The notes below the pieces were generated by a model. It had not been told where the DNA came from and made no database searches. It saw only the letters and a list, made by a program, of their open reading frames with translations. Below, piece after piece: positions 20,621-28,693 of a stretch of 64,000 bases of DNA. Positions within the stretch are counted from its first letter, which is position 1; every line of letters starts with the position of its first letter. Both the position numbers and the translations under genes were made by a program. The DNA is from Candidatus Limnocylindria bacterium. Its GTDB lineage: Bacteria > Chloroflexota > Limnocylindria > Limnocylindrales > CSP1-4. The stretch covers positions 74,460 through 138,459 of the forward strand of contig DATKBB010000021.1 of NCBI GenBank assembly GCA_035514295.1. Direction: 5' to 3'.

Positions 20621-22381
20621 ATGGTTACAGAGGGGCACCAGCCGGTGGAGCAGGCAGACGACAGCCCGCCAGTCGGCCAGCCGACAGGTCCGCCTAAGCC
20701 GTCCTTCCGCGCCGCGTTCGCCGAGCGCGACTTTCGCCTGCTGGTCAGCGGCCACGCCATTTCCGCCGTCGGCCAGTCGCTGAGCGCAGTCGCGCTGGTC
20801 GTACTCGTCTTCGAGGTCACCGGCTCGCCGGCCTGGGTCGCGGCTGCCAGCGTCGCTCGGCTGCTTCCCTACGTGTTCTTCTCGGCCGCGGCGGGGATCA
20901 TCGCCGATCGCTACGAGCGGCGCTCGGTGATGATCGCCTCGGACCTGCTGCGCGCCCTGCTGATGGGCTTGCTGGCGGCGGCCGTCGTGTTCGAGCTGCA
21001 TCCGCTCGTGGCCATCGTGCTGGCCTTCTGTGCGACGGCCGCCGGTACGCCCTACTTCCCGGCCGCAGCGGCGATGACTCCGGCGATCGTCGGGCCGCGA
21101 AACCTGGCTGCTGCCAACTCGATCATGACCACCATCGAGAGCTCGGCATTCATTATCGGACCCGGCCTTGGCGGCATCCTGGTCGCGCTGGGGACGCCCG
21201 CCTTCGCCTTCGGCGTCAACGCCTTCGCCTTCGTGGCCTCGATGCTCTGCGTGGCGGGCATCGCCAGCCGAGGCCTGCCAGCCCTGGCCGAGGTGGCGGC
21301 CCCACTGCGCCAGCGCGCGGCGGCCGGCTTCCGGGTCGTCTCTCGCTCGGCCGGCGTCGCCGTCCTGCTGGGCTTCGTGGTGGTGGTGAACTTCATCTAC
21401 GGCCTGGCCATCGTGCTGCTCGTGTTCGTGGCCGACAGCCCGTTGCAGATCGGGGCGGAGGGCTACGGCTTCCTCAACACGGCCCTGGGGGCGGGTGCCG
21501 TCCTGGCGGCCCTGATCACCAATCGCCTGGCCAGCGAGCCGCGCCAGTCTCTCGTGCTGAGCATGGGCGTGCTCGCCGCCGCCCTGCCTTTCGCGCTGCT
21601 CGGGCTGATAGTCTCCGCGCCACTGGCCTACGGGTTGATGGTCGTCGCCGGCGCCGGCAGCATCGTCGTCGAGGTGCTGGCCCTCACCCTCCTCCAGCGC
21701 GCGCTGCCGCACGAGGTGCTGGCGCGGGTAGTGGGCATCTTCGACGCGCTGGCGGTGGGGGCCATCCTGCTCGGCTCCAGCGTCGCGCCTGCACTGGTCG
21801 CGCTGTTCGGCCTGGAGCTGACGCTGCTCGGCATGGGCATCCTGCTGCCGCTGGCGGCGGCGCTGGGCATTCCGGGCCTGCGTCGGCTGGAAGGAGAGGG
21901 GGCTGCAAAGCAAGCTCGGCTGGCGCCGCGCGTGACACTGCTCGAGCGCAGCGGCCTGTTCGTTGGTGCCCCGCAGAGTGCCCTGGAGGCCGTTGCCCGC
22001 AGGCTCGTGCCGCAGACCGTCGACGCGGGCACGGACGTGCTGAGCGAGGGCGACTCGCCCAATGATGTATACCTCATCGCCAGGGGCCGCTTCGCGGTGC
22101 TGTCGCGGGGCGAGCGTGGCGGCGAGCAGCGGCTGGTCAACGAGCTGGGCACGGCCGACTACTTCGGTGAGATCGGGCTGCTCGAAGGGATCCCGCGGAC
22201 CGCCACCGTGCGGGCGCTCGACGACGCCGAGCTCTTGCGGTTGCCCGGGCAGGACTTCCTGGCCCTGCTCAACGCCGTGCCGCAGGTCTCCGGGACGCTG
22301 CGCGATGGCATCGTGAGCCGGCTCGCCCGAACGCATCCCTCGTATCGCTCCAAGGTGGCTGGCGGTGCCGCGGCCGACTGA
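20621..22381 (+). CDS. MFS transporter fused to a C-terminal cyclic-nucleotide-binding domain
   Basis: About 12 TM helices (DFRLLVSGHAISAVGQSLSAVAL...), then a cNMP-binding beta-roll at the C-terminus (...GDSPNDVYLIARGRFAVLS...LGTADYFGEIGLLEGIPRTATVRALDDAELLRL). The start is uncertain: the tracked ATG 20576 would overlap the divergent decarboxylase start, so I list ATG 20621 (MVTEGHQ...). Confidence 0.82.
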   Translation: MVTEGHQPVEQADDSPPVGQPTGPPKPSFRAAFAERDFRLLVSGHAISAVGQSLSAVALVVLVFEVTGSPAWVAAASVARLLPYVFFSAAAGIIADRYERRSVMIASDLLRALLMGLLAAAVVFELHPLVAIVLAFCATAAGTPYFPAAAAMTPAIVGPRNLAAANSIMTTIESSAFIIGPGLGGILVALGTPAFAFGVNAFAFVASMLCVAGIASRGLPALAEVAAPLRQRAAAGFRVVSRSAGVAVLLGFVVVVNFIYGLAIVLLVFVADSPLQIGAEGYGFLNTALGAGAVLAALITNRLASEPRQSLVLSMGVLAAALPFALLGLIVSAPLAYGLMVVAGAGSIVVEVLALTLLQRALPHEVLARVVGIFDALAVGAILLGSSVAPALVALFGLELTLLGMGILLPLAAALGIPGLRRLEGEGAAKQARLAPRVTLLERSGLFVGAPQSALEAVARRLVPQTVDAGTDVLSEGDSPNDVYLIARGRFAVLSRGERGGEQRLVNELGTADYFGEIGLLEGIPRTATVRALDDAELLRLPGQDFLALLNAVPQVSGTLRDGIVSRLARTHPSYRSKVAGGAAAD

Positions 22382-22392
22382 ACGACGGGAGC

Positions 22393-23544
22393 TCAGGCCG
22401 GGCGAGTTGGACCACCGGTACCGGCCAACAGCGCGGTCACCGACTCGGCGATGATCACGTCCTCGCGCGCTTCGACGCGCAGAACGGCCGGCCTGTGGGC
22501 AGGCGAGCTCAGCAGCCGGTCGCTGGCGCTCTCCTCGGCTTCGATCGCAGGCACGCCCAGCACGTCCAGCCGGCGCACGATGTCCGCCCGCAGGGCGGCC
22601 GCGTTCTCGCCGATCCCGCCGCTGAAGACGAGCGCGTCCAGCCGGGGAAGTGCCGTCGCCGCGGCGGCGATGCCTTCCGCCGCGCGCCGGGCGAACATGC
22701 GCAGGCTCAGCGCTGCCCGCTCGCTGCCTTCGGCAGCGGCCCGCTCCACCTCGCGCACGTCGCCGCTGACGCCGGACACGCCGAGCAGCCCCGACTGATG
22801 ATCCAGCACCTCCGCCAGCTCCTCGGGCGTGAGCCGGCCGTCGCGCAGCACGCGCAGCAGCAGGCCGGGGTCGACCGAGCCGGCGCGGGTACCCATCATC
22901 AGGCCCTCCAGGGGCGTCAGACCCATCGAGGTGGACACTGAGCGGCCATGCTCGACGGCGGTGACCGAGCAGCCGCTGCCCAAGTGGGCCACGACCAGGC
23001 ACAGCTCGGCGGCCGAACGCGCCAGCAATTCTCCCGCGCGACGTACTGCCCAGTCGACGGAGAGGCCGTGGAAGCCGTAGCGCCGGAGGCCGTCCTCTTC
23101 GTGCCACGACCAGGGCAGCGGGTAGACGTAGGCCTCGGCCGGCAGTGACTCGTGGAAGCCGGTGTCGAAGACGCAGGCGTGCGGGATGCCGGGCAGCCGC
23201 CGGCGCGCGGCGCGGATGGCGTCCAGCGCCACGCCGTTGTGCAGTGGTGCGAGGTCCAGCAGCTCCTCGAGCGTCGACAGCACTGCGTCATCAATCAGCA
23301 CCGGCCGGCGGAAGGCCGGCCCGCCGTGTACGAAGCGATGGCCAACGGCCGCGATGGACTGCGCATCGACGCCGGCTTGGGCGAGGCCGTCGACGAGTTG
23401 GCCGACCGACTCATCGCGGCCTGCCAGCCGGCTGGCGTCGGCGCCCCAGCCGACCGACATGGCGGCCAGCGGCTCACGCCGGCCGCTCTCCAGGACGCTC
23501 GACTTGAGCGAGCTGGAGCCAGCGTTGAGGACCAGTACGCGCAT
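22393..23544 (-). CDS. ackA: acetate kinase
   Basis: 383-aa ORF starting MRVLVLNAGSSSLK, with an HRFVHGG block and other typical AckA blocks. It lies 34 nt downstream of xfp. Confidence 0.95.
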   Translation of the reverse strand: MRVLVLNAGSSSLKSSVLESGRREPLAAMSVGWGADASRLAGRDESVGQLVDGLAQAGVDAQSIAAVGHRFVHGGPAFRRPVLIDDAVLSTLEELLDLAPLHNGVALDAIRAARRRLPGIPHACVFDTGFHESLPAEAYVYPLPWSWHEEDGLRRYGFHGLSVDWAVRRAGELLARSAAELCLVVAHLGSGCSVTAVEHGRSVSTSMGLTPLEGLMMGTRAGSVDPGLLLRVLRDGRLTPEELAEVLDHQSGLLGVSGVSGDVREVERAAAEGSERAALSLRMFARRAAEGIAAAATALPRLDALVFSGGIGENAAALRADIVRRLDVLGVPAIEAEESASDRLLSSPAHRPAVLRVEAREDVIIAESVTALLAGTGGPTRPA

Positions 23545-23578
23545 CAGCCCGGCTGGGTCGAGCGCGTGCCGACCTGCC

Positions 23579-25963
23579 TCAGCGTGTGGTCCAGCGCCAG
23601 GCGGTGATGTCCTCGGGGTCTTCCCCGTGCTCGATGATGTAGCGCAGGTGTTCCTCCAGCCGGAGCAGGTAGCGGTCGACGGCCGCGGTGGCCCCGGGCA
23701 CGTGCATGCCCGCCCGGCGGATCGCCTCGATGGCCAACTGGTAGCGGCTGACGCCGTTGCGGATGAGCATGTCGAAGGGCGTCGTGGTGATGCCCTCCTC
23801 GACGTAGCCGCGCACGTGGAAGCGGGTCGGTTCGGGACGCGCCGAGATCAACTGGTGGATGGCCGATGGATAGCCGTGGAAGCTGAAGACGATGTGCCTG
23901 TCGCGTGTGAAGAGCTGCTCGAAGGCATCCGCCGGCAGCGCGTGGGGATGGCCTCCGCGCGAGTCGAGGCGCATCAGGTCCATCACGTTGACCACCCGCA
24001 GGCGCAGGTCGGGCACGTCCTGGCGCAGCAGGTCGGCGGCGGCCAGGATCTCATTGGTGGGCACCATGCCGGCCGCGGCGAGGACCACATCCGGATCGAC
24101 CCCTTCGTCAGTGCTGGCCCAGCGCCAGATCGAGACGCCGGCGGTGGCGTGAGCCTTGGCCTGCTCCATCGACAGCCACTGCGGCAAGGGCTGCTTGGTG
24201 GCGATGACGAGGTTGATGTAGCCGACGCTGCGCAGGCAGCGCTCGACGGTCTCGACCAGCGTGTTGGCGTCGGGCGGCAGCGTGATACGCAGCACGCTGC
24301 CCTTCTTGGTCAGCAGGCTGTTGATGAAGCCGGGGTTCTGGTGGCTGTAGCCGTTGTGGTCCTGGCGCCAGGCGTCGCTGGTCAGCAGGATGTTGAGCGA
24401 GCTGATGGGCGGTCGCCAGTCAACCTCGCTTTCCACCTTCAGCCACTTGGCGAACTGCGCGATCATCGAGTCGGCGATCTGGATGAAGGCCTCGTAGCAG
24501 GGGAACAGGCCGTGCCGGCCGGTCTTGAGGTAGCCCTCCAGGAAGCCCTCGCAGAGGTGCTCGGACAGAACCTCGATCACCCGCCCGTCCGGCGCGAAGT
24601 GGCTGTCCGCGTCGTCCTCGGTCCAGGTGAACGCTCGATTGGTCACCTTCAACACCGCGCCCAGCTTGTTGGATTCGAGCTCGTCGGGGCAGAAGATGCG
24701 GAAGTTGCGCTCGGCCTCGCTGCGGCGCATGACCTCGGCCAGGTAGGCGCCGGCCTGGTCCAGGGCACCAACGTCCGTGGTGCCCGGCTGGGGCACGCTG
24801 ACCGCCGCGACCTGCGCGTCGGGCAGGTCCAGGGCGCGCCGGACTCGGCCGCCCACGGCATGAGGGTTCATGCCCATCCTGGCTTTGCCACGGGGGACCG
24901 CGCGGAGCACCCCGGCCACCGGCCGGCCCGTGTCGTCCCACAGCTCGTCGGGTCGATAGGAGCGCAGCCAGCTCTCCACGACGGCCAGGTGGGCCGGATT
25001 GCGGCGAAGGTTGGCGGCCGGCACCTGGTGCGACCGCCACGAGCCCGCCACGCGCTTGCCGTCGACCTCGGCCGGCCCGGTCCAGCCCTTGGGCGTGCGC
25101 AGCACGATCATCGGCCAGCGCGGCCGTGTCACGCGCTCCCCGCCACGCGCCCGGACCTGCACCTCGGCGATCGTTTCGAAGGACTGGTCAACGGCTGCGG
25201 CCATGCGCTGGTCGATTTCCTCGTCGTCGCCGGCCACGACGTGAGGCTGCCAGCCGTAGCCGGCGAAGAGCTCGACCAGCTCGTCGTCGGTCATCGTGCC
25301 GGTGATGGTGGCCGAGCTGATCTTGAAGCCGTTGGCGTGCAGGATGGGCAGCACGGCGCCCGACGTGCGCGGCTCGAGGAAGCGGTTGGAGTTCCAGGAG
25401 GTCGCCAGCGGGCCGGTCTCGGCCTCGCCGTCACCCACGATGCACACAGCGATCAGGTCGGGGTTGTCGAGCGCCGCGCCCACGGCAGTGGCCAGCGAGT
25501 AGCCCAGCTCGCCGCCTTCGTAGATGGTCCCCGGCGTGCCCGGCACGAGGTGGCTGGGAAAGCCGCCCGGCCAGGAGAAGGCGCGCACGAAGCGCTCGAC
25601 CCCCGCCGCGTCGAGGGTCATGTCCGGGTAGAACTCGGCCAGCGAGCCGTCGAGGTAGTGGTTGGCCAGGTTGGCGGCGGCTCCGTGGCCAGGCCCGGTG
25701 ACCAGCAGCACGTTCGCGCCCCGCTGCACGATGGCCCGGTTGAGATGGGCGTAGATCAGGTTGATGCCGGGTGACGTGCCCCAGTGGCCAAGCAGGCGCG
25801 GCTTGACGTGTTCGGCGCGGAGCGGCTCACGCAGCAGCGCGTTGCTGCGCAGATAGACCTGCGCAGCGGCCAGGTAGTTCGCCGCCCGGCGATACGTGGC
25901 CAGGTCGTCCAGCGCCACGTTGCTGTGGCCGCGGCTGCCTGCGGGTGCCTGTGTCACGGTCAT
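23579..25963 (-). CDS. xfp: xylulose-5-phosphate/fructose-6-phosphate phosphoketolase
   Basis: 794-aa ORF with phosphoketolase signatures LLGHWGTSPGINLIYAHLNR and IYEGGELGYSL. AGGAGG lies upstream of ATG 25963. Confidence 0.95.
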   Translation of the reverse strand: MTVTQAPAGSRGHSNVALDDLATYRRAANYLAAAQVYLRSNALLREPLRAEHVKPRLLGHWGTSPGINLIYAHLNRAIVQRGANVLLVTGPGHGAAANLANHYLDGSLAEFYPDMTLDAAGVERFVRAFSWPGGFPSHLVPGTPGTIYEGGELGYSLATAVGAALDNPDLIAVCIVGDGEAETGPLATSWNSNRFLEPRTSGAVLPILHANGFKISSATITGTMTDDELVELFAGYGWQPHVVAGDDEEIDQRMAAAVDQSFETIAEVQVRARGGERVTRPRWPMIVLRTPKGWTGPAEVDGKRVAGSWRSHQVPAANLRRNPAHLAVVESWLRSYRPDELWDDTGRPVAGVLRAVPRGKARMGMNPHAVGGRVRRALDLPDAQVAAVSVPQPGTTDVGALDQAGAYLAEVMRRSEAERNFRIFCPDELESNKLGAVLKVTNRAFTWTEDDADSHFAPDGRVIEVLSEHLCEGFLEGYLKTGRHGLFPCYEAFIQIADSMIAQFAKWLKVESEVDWRPPISSLNILLTSDAWRQDHNGYSHQNPGFINSLLTKKGSVLRITLPPDANTLVETVERCLRSVGYINLVIATKQPLPQWLSMEQAKAHATAGVSIWRWASTDEGVDPDVVLAAAGMVPTNEILAAADLLRQDVPDLRLRVVNVMDLMRLDSRGGHPHALPADAFEQLFTRDRHIVFSFHGYPSAIHQLISARPEPTRFHVRGYVEEGITTTPFDMLIRNGVSRYQLAIEAIRRAGMHVPGATAAVDRYLLRLEEHLRYIIEHGEDPEDITAWRWTTR

Positions 25964-26044
25964 GCCGCACCTCCTGCTGGGGGCGTCGCCTGATGGTCGC
26001 CCGTAGGTTACGCCCGAAACGGTCGGAAGGGCCTTGCCTCCGTT

Positions 26045-26968
26045 CTAGTCATCGCCGGCCGACGGCCCGCCGGCCGACGAACCGCCGCGTACCACGAGCA
26101 CGGAGCAGGCAGCGTGCAGCATCACGTTGCGCGCCACGCTGCCCAGCAGGACGCGGGCGATGCCCGTGCGGCCGTGCGTTCCACTCACGATCAGGTCGGC
26201 CCGGCTGGTGGCCGCGTGCTCGACGATGCTCTCGGCAGGGTCGCCCTGGAGCACCGCGGCCGAGGCATCCAGGCCGGCCTCGGCCAGACGAGCGGAAGCT
26301 TCCTCGGCGATGGCCCGGTGCTCGACCAGGCTGGCCTGCACGACGTGAGCGTGACTTTCGAGTTGCGCAGCCAGGCCGACGCCCGCAGGCGAGCGCCAGG
26401 CCGCGGTGGCCGGCGCGACCGACACCACCTCCACGCTGGCGCGCCTGAAGATGGGCCACCCGGCGAGCGTGTCCTCCGCCGCCCGGGCGTAGGCCGAGCC
26501 GTCGTGAGCGAGCACGACTCGCTCCAGCCGCGGCACGCGCGCTATCAGCACGGGGCACGGGGCGTGGTCCACCACTTCCGCGCTGACCGAGCCGAGCAGG
26601 GCAGTGCCCAGGCGGCCGTGACCTCGGCTGCCCAGCACGACCAGTTGGGCCGGCCAGTCTGTTGCCTGCTCCAGGATCAGCGTGGCCGGCCTGCCGCGCA
26701 GCACCAGCGGCTCGACGCCCAGGCCGGTGACCTCCAGCTGCCGGGAAGCCTCGTCGAGCAGCTCCTCTGCGTGTGCGACGAGCGCGTCCTCGAGCGCGCG
26801 GCGCTGGCTGCCCATGAATGGCGACCAGGGCCCAGCGAGCAGGGTGGCCGCCTCATCGACGATCAGCACGGTGCGCAGGCTCGTGGCAGGCGGCCAGGCG
26901 ACTGCCTCGACCAGCTGGCGGGCAACGTCGGCCCGCGTCGAGCCGTCCAGCCCCAGCAGGGCCCTCAC
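26045..26968 (-). CDS. universal stress protein, tandem USP domains
   Basis: I chose the start at GTG 26968, which overlaps the VKOR stop (GTGA). There are two USP halves (...LVVLGSRGHGRLGTALLGSVSAEVVDHAPCPVLI... and ...LIVSGTHGRTGIARVLLGSVARNVMLHAACSVLVV). The tracked start at 27298 overlaps VKOR in another frame. Confidence 0.85.
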   Translation of the reverse strand: MRALLGLDGSTRADVARQLVEAVAWPPATSLRTVLIVDEAATLLAGPWSPFMGSQRRALEDALVAHAEELLDEASRQLEVTGLGVEPLVLRGRPATLILEQATDWPAQLVVLGSRGHGRLGTALLGSVSAEVVDHAPCPVLIARVPRLERVVLAHDGSAYARAAEDTLAGWPIFRRASVEVVSVAPATAAWRSPAGVGLAAQLESHAHVVQASLVEHRAIAEEASARLAEAGLDASAAVLQGDPAESIVEHAATSRADLIVSGTHGRTGIARVLLGSVARNVMLHAACSVLVVRGGSSAGGPSAGDD

Positions 26969-27432
26969 GCCGCCTGGCTCCGGCCGCGGCTGGGGCGCAG
27001 CATTACGATCTTCACCAGCCAGGCGGCCACGACGGTTACGGCATAGGCCACGCACCAGGCGCAGATGGCACCAATCACGAAGATCTCCAGGTAGGTAAGG
27101 TAGGCCAGCACGGGCAGGCTGGCCAGCCCGATGAGGTAGGCGGCCAGCAGGCCGGCCCGCCGGCCGCTCCGCCACCAGACCAGCGCGCCGAGCAGCACGC
27201 CGGCCGAGCCGAGGGCACCGAAGATGGCCACGGGCACGCCCATGAACTCCGAGTAGACGCTGGTGTTGACCGTGTCGCAACCAACCAGCGGCCCGCACAG
27301 CGGCACTCCGCCGCTCAGCTTGACGACCGTCAGGTAGAGGCTGATGAGCAGCCCCGCTGCGGCCAATCCGGCGACCAGCAGTCCGGTCCAGCGCCGGTTG
27401 TGTCCGGCCCGATCCGTCGCAAGCGCGCTCAC
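26965..27432 (-). CDS. vitamin K epoxide reductase (VKOR) family membrane protein
   Basis: 155-aa, four-TM ORF with the loop cysteine pair CGPLVGC and the redox motif CAWC in the last helix. Its GTG start overlaps the DsbA stop (GTGA at 27429-27432). Confidence 0.85.
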   Translation of the reverse strand: MSALATDRAGHNRRWTGLLVAGLAAAGLLISLYLTVVKLSGGVPLCGPLVGCDTVNTSVYSEFMGVPVAIFGALGSAGVLLGALVWWRSGRRAGLLAAYLIGLASLPVLAYLTYLEIFVIGAICAWCVAYAVTVVAAWLVKIVMLRPSRGRSQAA

Positions 27433-28196
27433 GGCTGGGCGTCAGCCTCCGTCAGGCGCTCGTCGATGGCCGCCCGCAGGGCCGCGTAGTCGGGCACGCC
27501 CACGATCTGCTGCTCGCCGTCGAGGACCAGCGTGGGCGTGGACTGGATCGGGACGGCCGCCGCCGCCGCGCGCTCGTCGAGGACGCGCTGGCGGACAGTC
27601 GGGTCGGCGACGCAGGCGCGGTAGCCTTCCAGCTCGAGTCCGGCCCCCTCGGCCATCGCCTCCAGGCGTGGCGCGCTGAAGGCGCCCCGATCCTCGCCCT
27701 GCTGGTTGGCGAAGAGGTAGTCGTGGTACTGCCAGAAGCGGTTCTGCTGGGCCGCGCATTGACCGGCAACCGCAGCGGCGGTCGACTCGGCGCCCAGGAA
27801 GGCAAAGTCGCGGTATACCAGCCGCACCTGCCCGTCGTCGACGTAGTCGCGCACCAGCTGGGGCTTGACCGAATTGGCCAGCACGCCGCAGGCCGGGCAC
27901 TGGAAGTCGGAGTAGATTTCGATGGTCAGCGGTGCGTCGGCCCGGCCAAGTGCCTGGCCGTCGGCGAGTGGGTAGGCCGAGGGAACGGTCGGCGGGCGCA
28001 CGTCGACCGCCGGCGGCGGAGCAGTGACCAGCGCGAAGACGATGATGCCCACGACGCCCACGGCCACGGCGCCGAGGCTCAGCGGCAGGAGCAGCGAGCG
28101 CTCCTGCTTCGTGCGGCGGCTGCGGCGTCGGGCGCGCCGGTCCTCCAGCTCGGCCCGCCGCCGTTCATCCCGCGTGGGGCGGTTGCTCTTGCTCAC
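27429..28196 (-). CDS. DsbA-family thiol:disulfide oxidoreductase, membrane-anchored
   Basis: I chose the start at GTG 28196, which overlaps the upstream stop (GTGA). There is a basic N-terminus plus one TM helix, then a thioredoxin fold with the active site FQCPACG. Confidence 0.85.
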   Translation of the reverse strand: MSKSNRPTRDERRRAELEDRRARRRSRRTKQERSLLLPLSLGAVAVGVVGIIVFALVTAPPPAVDVRPPTVPSAYPLADGQALGRADAPLTIEIYSDFQCPACGVLANSVKPQLVRDYVDDGQVRLVYRDFAFLGAESTAAAVAGQCAAQQNRFWQYHDYLFANQQGEDRGAFSAPRLEAMAEGAGLELEGYRACVADPTVRQRVLDERAAAAAVPIQSTPTLVLDGEQQIVGVPDYAALRAAIDERLTEADAQP

Positions 28197-28495
28197 GTGG
28201 TTGGCTGGCGCCGGCCGAAGGCCGTGACTATGAGCAACAACCCGACAGCGATGACCGCGATGGGCCACAGCCGGCTGAAGTCGATGCTCACGAACTCGCG
28301 CAGCAGGAACAGCCCGCCGATGATGATCAGCGCCGCACCCACGATGAGCGGTCCATTGTCTCTACCTTCGCTCCGTCGCTGGCGGCGCACGGGCGGGGCA
28401 CCCGGCTGATAGCTCGGCGGCGGTGAGCCGGGCGATGCGCCGGGCGGTGTGTGCTGGGTGGTGTCGGTCGCGCCGGCGGCACGCTCGTGGGTCAT
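28193..28495 (-). CDS. small Pro-rich membrane protein with LiaI/LiaF-type (DUF5668-like) C-terminal TM hairpin
   Basis: Start at ATG 28495 (MTHERAAG...), preceded by GAAGGAG 8 nt upstream; the tracked ATG 28534 is an alternative. The C-terminus is GPLIVGAALIIIGGLFLLREFVSIDFSRLWPIAVIAVGLLLIV. Confidence 0.6.
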   Translation of the reverse strand: MTHERAAGATDTTQHTPPGASPGSPPPSYQPGAPPVRRQRRSEGRDNGPLIVGAALIIIGGLFLLREFVSIDFSRLWPIAVIAVGLLLIVTAFGRRQPTT

Positions 28496-28540
28496 TGCGA
28501 ATGCTCCTTCTCGTAACGGGACGACCAGGGCCATGACGAT

Positions 28541-28693
28541 CTAGACGATCAGGAAGACGCCGCCGGTGAAGAGAATCAGCAGCGCCCAGCCCATACGCAC
28601 CAGCGCCGGGTCGAAATCGTAGGTCTCGGCCATTCCGCCGGCAACGCCGGCCAGGACCCGATCGTCGGGTGAGCGATAAAGCCTGCGGTTCAT
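28541..28693 (-). CDS. PspC-domain protein (50 aa)
   Basis: Only the last 50 codons of tracked ORF 28541..29665 look real: MNRRLYRSPDDRVLAGVAGGMAETYDFDPALVRMGWALLILFTGGVFLIV is a canonical PspC domain. Its ATG overlaps the upstream stop (ATGA at 28690-28693). Confidence 0.8.
   Translation of the reverse strand: MNRRLYRSPDDRVLAGVAGGMAETYDFDPALVRMGWALLILFTGGVFLIV

Noticed and set aside
20498-25774. Very long tracked ORFs: 20498..23107 (-, 869 aa), 23162..25774 (+, 870 aa). Similar cases are 30185..32209, 11323..13125, 5446..6666, 61345..62985 and 19023-region antisense frames.
   Set aside because: Each lies antisense to, or out of frame with, a gene that has unmistakable family motifs (MFS-cNMP, ackA, xfp, CoA-transferase, SQR-like, RDD, tal). 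Their translations are Arg/Ala/Gly/Pro-rich low-complexity strings with no motifs. Long spurious open frames are expected at this GC content.
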